A stretch of DNA of 64,000 bases, taken from NCBI GenBank assembly GCA_011053095.1, contig DRHS01000137.1, forward strand, positions 1,120 to 65,119. Direction: 5' to 3'. Source of the DNA: Bacteroides sp. Its GTDB lineage: Bacteria; Bacteroidota; Bacteroidia; Bacteroidales; SM23-62. The notes under the pieces were generated by a model. It was given only the letters and a program-made list of their open reading frames with translations, was not told where the DNA came from and searched no databases. Both the position numbers and the translations under genes were made by a program. Every line of letters begins with the position of its first letter. The first letter of the stretch is position 1. Shown here piece by piece: positions 29,163 to 37,732 of this stretch.

Positions 29163-29936
29163 CTAGTATTTGTCCTGAAGCCGGGAAATTTTCCTGTTTT
29201 TCTCTACTACCGGTATATCAAAGCTGTGGAAGCTGTTTGTTTTTATATTGACCGAGAGCATAGTGCCGGATAATATTTCTCCATATCCGGTAATGATCTT
29301 TATGGCCTCTGAGGCCTGATAGCACCCAATCATTCCCGGAAGTATCCCGAGCAGGCCGCTTTCCTCCGGAGGTAAATAACTTCCTTCGACCGGGGGACTC
29401 GGAAAAAGGCACCTCAAGGTTGGGCCCTCCCCGTAATTAAAAACACTTACCTGACCTTCGAATTTAAAAATAGCACCGTAAACCCAGGGTTTTCCGGTGA
29501 TTATACAGGCATCGTTAATAAGGTAACGGGTGGCAAAATTATCTGTCGCATCAAAAACCAGGTCATAGTCCTTAATTATATCCAGAATGTTATCCGCGTT
29601 TATCCTGAGGTTGTAAATATCGAAATCAATATCCGGATTAAGTGAAGAAAGACGGTCTCTTGCAATGATGGATTTAAGCTTTCCCAGGTCGTTGCTGCCA
29701 AAAAGGACCTGCCGTTGCAGGTTGCTTTCTGAGACCATATCATTATCTGCAATACCAATATGGCCTATACCCCCTGCGCTCAAATACTGAAGAATAGGAG
29801 TACCAAGTCCCCCGACCCCAATGACCAGCACACTGGCCTGTTTCAGCTTTAGTTGTCCTTCTACTCCAATATCAGGCAGAATGATCTGTCTTTGGTAGCG
29901 TCGTAACTCTCTATCTGATAATTTTTCAGGAGACAT
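29163..29936 (-). CDS. HesA/MoeB/ThiF family adenylyltransferase
   Basis: RYQRQ, GVGGLG, DNDMVSESNLQRQ, DATDN, FEGQVSVF. Confidence 0.9.
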   Translation of the reverse strand: MSPEKLSDRELRRYQRQIILPDIGVEGQLKLKQASVLVIGVGGLGTPILQYLSAGGIGHIGIADNDMVSESNLQRQVLFGSNDLGKLKSIIARDRLSSLNPDIDFDIYNLRINADNILDIIKDYDLVFDATDNFATRYLINDACIITGKPWVYGAIFKFEGQVSVFNYGEGPTLRCLFPSPPVEGSYLPPEESGLLGILPGMIGCYQASEAIKIITGYGEILSGTMLSVNIKTNSFHSFDIPVVEKNRKISRLQDKY

Positions 29937-29998
29937 TTTGAAATTTTACCTAAATATAGAATTTTCCTTAATAAGTTTTGCCTTAGAATGGACTGATA

Positions 29999-30028
29999 AT
30001 AAAAAAAGGGACCCTTCACAGAGTCCTT
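29999..30028 (-). terminator. Rho-independent terminator of ECF/porin unit
   Basis: Minus strand AAGGACTCT-GTGA-AGGGTCCCT followed by T run. Confidence 0.75.
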
Positions 30029-30101
30029 GTCCTTATCCTGTAAGTCTCAAGCCGGTAGATTCAGGGAATGACCATCTCCAAACCCAGACTTTCAGGCAAA
30101 C

Positions 30102-31040
30102 TTATCTGAAACTTATTAAGGTCAGACCTACGGTAACCGGATACAACTCTGGTCCCATGCCCTCTTTGAACATCGGAACCATGCTGTAATTGGCGAATAC
30201 TTTTACAAATTTATATCCTGCCCTGACGGTTAAATGGTACCTCAGCGGTGACAGGTTAAAATCAGATTTTACCTTTTCCTTCTGCTTGGAACCCCCGGTG
30301 TAGTATTTAACTTTGGTGTTTGACCAGAGTTTCAGGTCACCAATTACACCAAAACTGATAAATCCCTTTTTATTAGCACCAAATTGAACCTCAAAGATCA
30401 GTGGAACAGTGAGATAATATGTATTCAGCTTTGTTTTGGCATAGGATACCCCAGCTGGCGGATACTTGGGTACAATTACCCGGGTCGCAGTGTCTTTCAT
30501 AATATTGTTATTCCCGTCAAACCAATAATTATTTGCCTTGAAGCCCATCCCCGTTAACATTCCTAAAGGCTTTCCAAAAGGCATGCTAAACTGCATGAAA
30601 TTAATGTCCCATTCCCAGGACTTGCCTGTATTCAGATCAAGAAACTGGTGTTCCGGTTTTGTTCCCGCAAGGTTCCTTTCGGCGTCAATCCAGTTGTTGA
30701 GTCCCAGCTCAAACCCGGCCCAGTGTCCCTTAAACCGATAGGGTTTATTTTTCCAGCCATGTTTGTCAAAATCTTTTTTCTGGATTATCTCAATATGGGT
30801 GCTGCCTCCATCCTCAACAATACTGATGGCTTTATTGCCAAGCTTTATCTTTACCGTGTCGTCGGTTTCATCAACAATAATAAAATCTTCCTTTACATTG
30901 ACGTTTGTTCCCTCATCGTTTTCCGTTATAGTAACAATACTTTTTTCTCCAAGGCCAATCCTGGTTGTATCTCCCTCTTCCTGCGCCTGAAGATTCAGTG
31001 CAATTATTGCTGAAATCAAAATAGTAAGTATCCTTTTCAT
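30102..31040 (-). CDS. Outer-membrane beta-barrel (porin family) protein
   Basis: Signal peptide (LQA|Q), GHWAGFELG, YLTVPLIFE, amphipathic strands, C-terminal ISFR. Confidence 0.75.
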   Translation of the reverse strand: MKRILTILISAIIALNLQAQEEGDTTRIGLGEKSIVTITENDEGTNVNVKEDFIIVDETDDTVKIKLGNKAISIVEDGGSTHIEIIQKKDFDKHGWKNKPYRFKGHWAGFELGLNNWIDAERNLAGTKPEHQFLDLNTGKSWEWDINFMQFSMPFGKPLGMLTGMGFKANNYWFDGNNNIMKDTATRVIVPKYPPAGVSYAKTKLNTYYLTVPLIFEVQFGANKKGFISFGVIGDLKLWSNTKVKYYTGGSKQKEKVKSDFNLSPLRYHLTVRAGYKFVKVFANYSMVPMFKEGMGPELYPVTVGLTLISFR

Positions 31041-31077
31041 AGTGTTCGAATTAAATAAATCTGTCTGTCTTTAGGGA

Positions 31078-31106
31078 TATGACGGAGAAAGGGACTTAAA
31101 AGTTAC
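31078..31106 (-). promoter_or_regulatory. ECF sigma-type promoter upstream of porin gene
   Basis: Minus strand GTAACTTTTA...CGTCATA (GTAAC-N17-CGTC), matching the motif upstream of the ECF gene. Confidence 0.65.
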
Positions 31107-31119
31107 GGGGAAAGAAATG

Positions 31120-32205
31120 TTATTGGGGATTATCTGTATTCCGCATGGGTGCGGATATCCCGAACAGGGGTGTTTCAAAAGTCAATCTTCTGGTTTTGCC
31201 TTCATCATTTGTTTCCCGGTCGAGGGAATAATCATCTTCTGCTAATTCATTTATTTTCTGAATCCCTGCTTCGGCAAGCCTCCAGAGTGATATTTTTTTC
31301 TCTCGTTGCACCCCTGCCCTGCCATTATTGTCTGGTTCAACCGGTGCGTTAATACTGCCATAAAAATATCTTTCACTTCGCAGGCGGTAAGCTGTACCAG
31401 AAATTTTCTTTCCACCCGTCATTTCAAGTCCCTTTACCGATCTCGGTTCAAGTCTGGCCAAAGAAATGAATTCTCTTTCTGTGGGGTCCGGATTGACATC
31501 AGCTTGCTGCACAATGGCCTGCGATATAACAGGTACAGCATCCGGAGGACTGACCATAACTGGATCTGCAGCGACAGAAGGGTTGTCAATGATTGGATTT
31601 GAGAGTATCTCATCGGGAACTTCTGCTTCAGTTGATTCTTCTAAAATGCTTTCCTGGGTAATTTCTGCTACCTGCTGATTTCCGGTCTGGGACCCGGTAT
31701 TATTTCTTAAAAACCACGATGCGGCGATCAGCAATAAGGCTGTTGCTGCGGCAGATCCTATCGCAATTCTTACAGCAGGTACATTAATGAATCTCTTCTT
31801 CAGCCTGGATTTTCCGGGAAACAGAATGCTTTTATCTGCCTTCAGTCGGGTAGACTCATATAGAGTATAAATGCTTTTTCGTAAATGGTCTTTTTCAATG
31901 ATGTTCTGAAGCATTTTTTCTTCCTGTGGACTCAATTGCTGTTCGATGCTTGATATGCAGTAACCCTCGAAATCATCCAGCATGTCCTGGACATTTGGAT
32001 TGCCCGATGGTTTACGCAGTGAAGCTTTCATGTCATAAGCGGAAGTCTCTGCCTCAAGTTGAAGATTTTCAAATTCCTCGAGTTCTGTTTTCAGGTCCGG
32101 GTTGAAATCAAGAAAAGACATAAGGATCTCTTCCTGTCCGGCATTCAGTTTGCCATCAAGATAATCCAGGAACCAGGACTCATAGTTATTTCTGCTGATA
32201 TCCAT
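31120..32205 (-). CDS. Putative single-TM anti-sigma factor
   Basis: N-terminal YESWFLDYLDGKL helical domain (repeated), one TM, directly downstream of ECF sigma. Confidence 0.7.
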   Translation of the reverse strand: MDISRNNYESWFLDYLDGKLNAGQEEILMSFLDFNPDLKTELEEFENLQLEAETSAYDMKASLRKPSGNPNVQDMLDDFEGYCISSIEQQLSPQEEKMLQNIIEKDHLRKSIYTLYESTRLKADKSILFPGKSRLKKRFINVPAVRIAIGSAAATALLLIAASWFLRNNTGSQTGNQQVAEITQESILEESTEAEVPDEILSNPIIDNPSVAADPVMVSPPDAVPVISQAIVQQADVNPDPTEREFISLARLEPRSVKGLEMTGGKKISGTAYRLRSERYFYGSINAPVEPDNNGRAGVQREKKISLWRLAEAGIQKINELAEDDYSLDRETNDEGKTRRLTFETPLFGISAPMRNTDNPQ

Positions 32206-32211
32206 GTCTTT

Positions 32212-32697
32212 TCAAATTACCGCCTGCAGGCTGCCAATGTATTGCTTCAGAAAAATCCTGCCCCGGTAGATATATACTTTAACCTGTGATTCGCTTAAGC
32301 TGGTTATTTCTCCTATCTCAGTATAAGAGTATCCTTCATAATCGCGCAGGAGAATTACGGTGCGCTGTATCTCCGGCAGTTTTTCCAGAGCATTGTTCAG
32401 AATTTCCTGAAGATCACTGTACTGCCTTTCATGTGCAATGCTTTCGGCTTTTTTCTGGCTGAAATTCTCCATTCGTTTATCCTTGCGGATAACGTCAATC
32501 ATAGTATGATAGGCCGTGGAAAAAAGATATGATTTAGATTTTGAGTACTGTATATCTTTAACCTTGCGCCATAGTTTTTCATAACTATCCTGCACGATGT
32601 CTTCAGCCTTTTCCGAATCCCTGATGTTTTTCAGAATAAAGCGGTACAGTCCATCCGAATGGTCTTCCACGCAACGGTTATATTCTTCTACAGTCAT
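32212..32697 (-). CDS. ECF RNA polymerase sigma factor
   Basis: AEDIVQD, SYLFSTAYH region 2; LRDYEGYSYTEIGE..SQVKVYIYRGR region 4. Confidence 0.93.
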   Translation of the reverse strand: MTVEEYNRCVEDHSDGLYRFILKNIRDSEKAEDIVQDSYEKLWRKVKDIQYSKSKSYLFSTAYHTMIDVIRKDKRMENFSQKKAESIAHERQYSDLQEILNNALEKLPEIQRTVILLRDYEGYSYTEIGEITSLSESQVKVYIYRGRIFLKQYIGSLQAVI

Positions 32698-32714
32698 TCC
32701 CAGTTAGTCTATCA

Positions 32715-32742
32715 TAAGACGATCTTGTTCCATAAAAGTTAC
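32715..32742 (-). promoter_or_regulatory. Autoregulatory ECF promoter
   Basis: Minus strand GTAACTTTTA...CGTCTTA (GTAAC-N16-CGTC) about 20 nt before the sigma ATG. Confidence 0.7.
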
Positions 32743-32842
32743 TCGATTCAGGGTGACCAATCCATAACAGATCAATTTGTGCTGAATATCAGCAATATAA
32801 GAATCTAATATTCAAATTTAACACAAATTTTTCCAAAAAAAC

Positions 32843-32948
32843 TTGACAAAAGGAATCTTGAGTATTATCTTTGACCAAACGTTTAGTCAAAAACTGCTTT
32901 TATGGTAGTTTATTGTTTGGTTCTCTATTGACTGAACGTTTAACCGAA
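32843..32948 (+). promoter_or_regulatory. Promoter (TTGACA ... TATCTTTG) with TetR operator palindromes
   Basis: Near-perfect palindrome TTGACCAAACGTTTAGTCAA at 32871-32890 overlapping the -7 element; related site TTGACTGAACGTTTAACCGA at 32928-32947. Confidence 0.72.
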
Positions 32949-32959
32949 AAACGTTGATT

Positions 32960-33538
32960 ATGTCCCCCAGAACAGAAAAACAATTCGAAGAGATTCGTGA
33001 AACAAGGAAAAAGGAAATCCTTGAGGCGGCCCTCGAACTTTTTGCCAATGAGGGATTCTATGCAACTTCAATCAGTAAGATCGCTGCGAATGCAGGCATT
33101 TCAAAAGGTCTGCTTTACAATTATTTTGAAAGCAAGGAAGACCTCATTAAGACAATTATTTTCAACGGCCTTGATAACCTGACCAGGTTTGTGGATCCGA
33201 ATAAAGATGGATTCCTGACTAAAAAGGAATTGAAATATTTCCTGGAAGAAATGTTTAAGGCACTTAAGAACGAGCCTTACTTCTGGAAGCTATACTTTAC
33301 GGTATTTATGCAGCCCCAGGTTCTCAAACTGGTGGAGAAAAAACTGGCAGTCATGGTTCATAAATATCTTATGATGCTTTCGGAATATTTCACTTCCAAC
33401 GGATCAAAAGATCCTGAAACAGATGCACTTTTCTTTGGTGCCCTGCTCGATGGTATCGGCTTCCAGTTTATGGTCGATCCTGAGCGGTTTCCCCTTGAGA
33501 AAGTAAAAAATAAGCTAATTGATATGTATTGCAAATAA
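32960..33538 (+). CDS. TetR/AcrR family transcriptional regulator
   Basis: ILEAALELFANEGFYATSISKIAANAGISKGLLYNYFESKEDL HTH. Confidence 0.93.
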   Translation: MSPRTEKQFEEIRETRKKEILEAALELFANEGFYATSISKIAANAGISKGLLYNYFESKEDLIKTIIFNGLDNLTRFVDPNKDGFLTKKELKYFLEEMFKALKNEPYFWKLYFTVFMQPQVLKLVEKKLAVMVHKYLMMLSEYFTSNGSKDPETDALFFGALLDGIGFQFMVDPERFPLEKVKNKLIDMYCK

Positions 33539-33546
33539 CAAACAGT

Positions 33547-34299
33547 ATGTGCGTAAAAACTATTATCACTTCAATTCTGATACTGCTCGCCGGTATTTCC
33601 ACATCTGCACAGGATGCACGTGAAATCATTAAAATGTCAGATGAAAAAATGCAGGGAGAAAAAACCAGCCAGAGCACAATGACAATGACGATTGTTCGTC
33701 CCACATGGGAGCGGGTAATTACTTTTAAGAACTGGACTATGGGCCGGGATTACTCCCTTGTGCTGATAACAGCTCCTGCGAGGGACAAGGGACAAACTTT
33801 TCTGAAGAGAGAAAATGAAATGTGGAACTGGAATCCGACAATCAACCGGCTTATCAAACTGCCTCCATCCATGATGTCGCAAGGCTGGATGGGATCTGAT
33901 TTTTCAAACGATGACCTGCTGAAGGAATCCTCCATTGTTGTTGATTATACCCATTCCATCATCGGTGAAGATGAAATTGACGGATGGGATTGCTACAAGA
34001 TTGAGTTAATCCCACTTGAAGATGCAGCAGTAGTTTGGGGCAGAGTTCTGAAATGGATCTCAAAGGAGGAACACCTCCAGATGAAAAGCGAGTATTACGA
34101 TGAGGACGATTACCTCATCAAAACCGAACTGGCCTATGATATTAAAACCATGGGGGGCAGAGTGATACCTTCGAAGTTTGAGCTGATCCCGGAAGAAGAG
34201 GATGGTCACAAGACTGTTGTTGTCATGGATGAGATCATTTTCAACAATCCCATTCCGGAATCATTTTTTTCACAGCAAAACATGAAGAAGGTCCGATGA
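33547..34299 (+). CDS. LolA-like outer membrane lipoprotein-sorting protein
   Basis: Signal peptide (TSA|Q); PARDKGQTFL, WMGSDFSNDD, FFSQQNM motifs. Confidence 0.85.
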   Translation: MCVKTIITSILILLAGISTSAQDAREIIKMSDEKMQGEKTSQSTMTMTIVRPTWERVITFKNWTMGRDYSLVLITAPARDKGQTFLKRENEMWNWNPTINRLIKLPPSMMSQGWMGSDFSNDDLLKESSIVVDYTHSIIGEDEIDGWDCYKIELIPLEDAAVVWGRVLKWISKEEHLQMKSEYYDEDDYLIKTELAYDIKTMGGRVIPSKFELIPEEEDGHKTVVVMDEIIFNNPIPESFFSQQNMKKVR

Positions 34300-34339
34300 T
34301 AACATTAAAATCTAATTCAACCGAAAAACGATATCTACC

Positions 34340-35566
34340 ATGAAGGAATATCTAAAAATTGCCTGGAGGAACATCTGGAGGAATAAAAGAAGGACTCTGA
34401 TTACCATCGCTTCCGTGTTTTTCGCCCTCTGGCTTGCTCTGATAATGCGTGCAATGCAGACCGGCAGTTATAAACACATGGCCAACGGGATTGTTGAAGC
34501 TTTTACCGGCTCAATTCAGATCCATCATAAGGGTTACTGGAATGACCAGACTCTTGACAATACCTTCGAATTCCTACCTGAGATTGCCACTAAAGTTGAA
34601 TCGGTCGACAATATCAAATCTGCAATACCCAGGCTGGAATCTTTTGCCCTTGCATCCACGGGGGAACAAACAAAGGGAATCCTTGTAGTTGGTATTGATC
34701 CTGTTAAGGAGCTCGACCTAACCCATCCGGACAGAAAGCTGGTTGAAGGGGAATACTTTAGTGGGGCCTCATCCAATGGCGTCCTGGTCTCAAGCAAGCT
34801 CGCAGGTTTTCTGAGACTATCGGTCGGAGATACCCTGACCTTGTTAAGTACAGGTTATCATGGGGCTAGTGCTGCCGGCATTTTCCCGGTAATCGGTATT
34901 GTCAAAATGCCAAATCCGGAACTTAACAGGCGAATTGTATTCTTGACCCTGACTACTGCACAGGAATTATACGCTGCATATAATATGCTCACTTCATTGG
35001 TTTTGAATATTGAGGATACAGATCAGCTTGTAAAAATAAAAAAGGATCTCACGGCATTACTTGATGATGAAATCTATGAGATCATGGACTGGAAAGAAAT
35101 GAATCCTGAACTGGTGCAGCAAATACAATCTGATGAGTACGGCGGATACATCATGCTTGCCATGCTATATCTTATCGTTGGATTCGGGGTGCTTGGTACG
35201 CTGATCATGATGACTACAGAACGCAGAAAGGAATTCGGAGTGATGATCGCTATTGGTATGCAGAAAAAGAAGCTTGGTCTTATCCTCAGCATTGAGATGC
35301 TTTTTATGGCAATTGTTGGAGTGGCAGCAGGTGTGATAGGAAGTCTGCCCGTTATTGGATACCTGGTTAATAATCCTATCCAGATTCAGGGTGAAGGTGC
35401 GGAATTATTTGAAAGCTATGGATTTGATCCGATAATGCCGGCTGAATTTGATTTAACCTATTTCATATCTCAGTCTGTCGTCGTCCTTGTGATATTTGTT
35501 CTTGCCACCATCTATCCGGTCCGGTCGGTATTGAAACTTAATGAAATTAAAGCACTTCGTTCATAA
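34340..35566 (+). CDS. ABC transporter permease (FtsX/LolE-like)
   Basis: AWRNIWRNKRR start, large periplasmic domain, ERRKEFGVMIAIGM. Confidence 0.9.
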   Translation: MKEYLKIAWRNIWRNKRRTLITIASVFFALWLALIMRAMQTGSYKHMANGIVEAFTGSIQIHHKGYWNDQTLDNTFEFLPEIATKVESVDNIKSAIPRLESFALASTGEQTKGILVVGIDPVKELDLTHPDRKLVEGEYFSGASSNGVLVSSKLAGFLRLSVGDTLTLLSTGYHGASAAGIFPVIGIVKMPNPELNRRIVFLTLTTAQELYAAYNMLTSLVLNIEDTDQLVKIKKDLTALLDDEIYEIMDWKEMNPELVQQIQSDEYGGYIMLAMLYLIVGFGVLGTLIMMTTERRKEFGVMIAIGMQKKKLGLILSIEMLFMAIVGVAAGVIGSLPVIGYLVNNPIQIQGEGAELFESYGFDPIMPAEFDLTYFISQSVVVLVIFVLATIYPVRSVLKLNEIKALRS

Positions 35567-35583
35567 TTTAAAAAGTCTGAATA

Positions 35584-37014
35584 ATGATCTGGTCAATATC
35601 ATGGAAAAATGTCTGGCGGAATAAAACACGATCTCTGGTCGTAATTGTAGCCTTTACGCTGGGTTTGTTTGGGGGAATTTATATGGTTGCCTTCATGAAT
35701 GGCATGTTTGAATCACGGATAATACAAGCCATCGGAAATGAATCCTCACATATACAGGTGCACAATCCTCAATACCTTGAAAACAATGAGATCAAATATA
35801 CCATTGATGAAGCAGCTGATTATGTTTCAGCGATTGAGCAAATTCCGGAGGTCAAGGCTGTAAGTGCACGTATAAAAGTACTAGGAATGGCCAGTACTTC
35901 TGGAAATGCCTCCGGTGTAATGATAAATGGTGTGGATATTGATCGAGAGCGGCAGGTAACCGGCATCGCAGAATCAATAGTCAGGAATGGGGGTTCTTTC
36001 TTTGAATCGGATGGAAGAAAGCCTATTGTAATAGGAGAAAAATTGGCTAAAACACTCAAACTTACCTATTATAAAATGGAAGGAGAAGACCTGGAGCGAT
36101 TGGGTCAAAACAGAAAATACCGGGATGTTGTTCCCCTCCTTGATTCAATTGCGGGTAAGTCTTTCCGGACAGAGGAAGATTTTGATCATGCCCTGATTGG
36201 TTTATTCGGGGAAAAGGATGGGAAAAGATTATCCTTCAGGCTTAAGGAAGCAGCTATCAAGTACAGGTTGAAAAGGAAAATCGTATTAAGTTTTCAGGCG
36301 CTTGACGGACATATCTCCTATGATGCATTCAGGGTGGTTGGAGTTTACAAAACAGCTAATTCAGCATTTGATGGTATGAACCTGTTTGTCCGGGATACCG
36401 ACATTTCTTCGGTAGTCTCAATGAAGTCCGGCCAGGTAAACCAGGTAGCGGTTCTCCTGAATTCGGTTAATGATGATCAGCTGGTTGCCGAGCAGATCAG
36501 GACCATTAATCCCGGTCTTGATGTTCAGACCTGGGATACCATTATGCCGGAAGCAGCAATGTACTCAGGAGCTATGGATTTTTTCCTCTTCGTTTTTCTG
36601 ATCATAATTCTTCTTGCCCTTGGGTTCGGCATTGTTAATACCATGCTTATGGCTGTGCTCGAAAGGGTAAAGGAGCTTGGGATGCTTATGGCTATAGGCA
36701 TGAATAAGAAAAGGGTATTTCGGATGATAATGCTGGAAACTGTTTTTCTTGGATTGACCGGAGCAATGATTGGTACCCTGCTCTGTTATTTGCTGGTATG
36801 GTGGACTGGAAATACTGGTCTCGACCTGTCAGCTCTTTACCAGGAAGGATTGGAGGCTATAGGATTTTCTGCAAAAGTATACCCTGTAATCGGATTTGAT
36901 TCATTCGTTCAGATTCTATTTATGGTAATCCTTACCGGGGTTCTTGCATCCATTTATCCTGCCCGGAAGGCCTTGAAACTGAATCCTGCCGAGGCGATAA
37001 GGATTGATATGTAA
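35584..37014 (+). CDS. ABC transporter permease (FtsX/LolE-like) with periplasmic insertion
   Basis: WKNVWRNKTR, ERVKELGMLMAIGM, YPARKALKLNPAEAIR. Confidence 0.9.
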   Translation: MIWSISWKNVWRNKTRSLVVIVAFTLGLFGGIYMVAFMNGMFESRIIQAIGNESSHIQVHNPQYLENNEIKYTIDEAADYVSAIEQIPEVKAVSARIKVLGMASTSGNASGVMINGVDIDRERQVTGIAESIVRNGGSFFESDGRKPIVIGEKLAKTLKLTYYKMEGEDLERLGQNRKYRDVVPLLDSIAGKSFRTEEDFDHALIGLFGEKDGKRLSFRLKEAAIKYRLKRKIVLSFQALDGHISYDAFRVVGVYKTANSAFDGMNLFVRDTDISSVVSMKSGQVNQVAVLLNSVNDDQLVAEQIRTINPGLDVQTWDTIMPEAAMYSGAMDFFLFVFLIIILLALGFGIVNTMLMAVLERVKELGMLMAIGMNKKRVFRMIMLETVFLGLTGAMIGTLLCYLLVWWTGNTGLDLSALYQEGLEAIGFSAKVYPVIGFDSFVQILFMVILTGVLASIYPARKALKLNPAEAIRIDM

Positions 37015-37043
37015 ATAATTAAAACAAAAATAACATCACAATC

Positions 37044-37727
37044 ATGAAAGTAATTGATATTAAAAATCTTCACAAGACCTATTACGAATCTGAACATGAG
37101 GTACATGCAGTTCAGGGGATTAATCTTACATTCGAAGAAGGTGAATTTGCCGCAATTGCCGGTCCCTCGGGTTGCGGAAAAACCACCCTTTTGAACATGC
37201 TCGGTGGACTGGATGATCCCAGCAGTGGAGAAATAAATATCGGTGGCACAGATGTTTCATCTTTGAAGTCATCCCAGAGAATAAATTTCCGGCTGAATAA
37301 CATTGGGTTTGTTTTCCAGGCATACAATCTTATTCCTGTACTGACAGCGAAAGAGAATGTTGAATTCATAATGCACCTCCAGGGAAAATCCAAGATCGAA
37401 AGAGATGCAAGAACCAAAGAACTGCTTGAGGCTGTAGGATTAGGAGACAGGATGAACAGCAGGCCGTCCAAACTTTCCGGCGGACAACAGCAGCGGGTCG
37501 CCGTGGCAAGGGCCCTGGCCTCAAAACCAAAATTTGTTCTTGCAGACGAACCCACTGCAAACCTTGATTCAAAGGCAACGGAGAATCTCCTGGACATTAT
37601 GGAAAAACTTAACCGGGAAGAAAAAATCACCTTTATTTTTGCAACCCATGATGCCAGGGTTATGAAAAAGGCCCGGCGTGTAGTCTACCTTGAAGATGGG
37701 AAAGTTCTCAGGGATGAGGTAAAGTAA
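37044..37727 (+). CDS. ABC transporter ATP-binding protein (LolD/MacB-type)
   Basis: GPSGCGKT, LSGGQQQR, LADEPT, ATHD. Confidence 0.95.
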   Translation: MKVIDIKNLHKTYYESEHEVHAVQGINLTFEEGEFAAIAGPSGCGKTTLLNMLGGLDDPSSGEINIGGTDVSSLKSSQRINFRLNNIGFVFQAYNLIPVLTAKENVEFIMHLQGKSKIERDARTKELLEAVGLGDRMNSRPSKLSGGQQQRVAVARALASKPKFVLADEPTANLDSKATENLLDIMEKLNREEKITFIFATHDARVMKKARRVVYLEDGKVLRDEVK

Positions 37728-37732
37728 TATCC

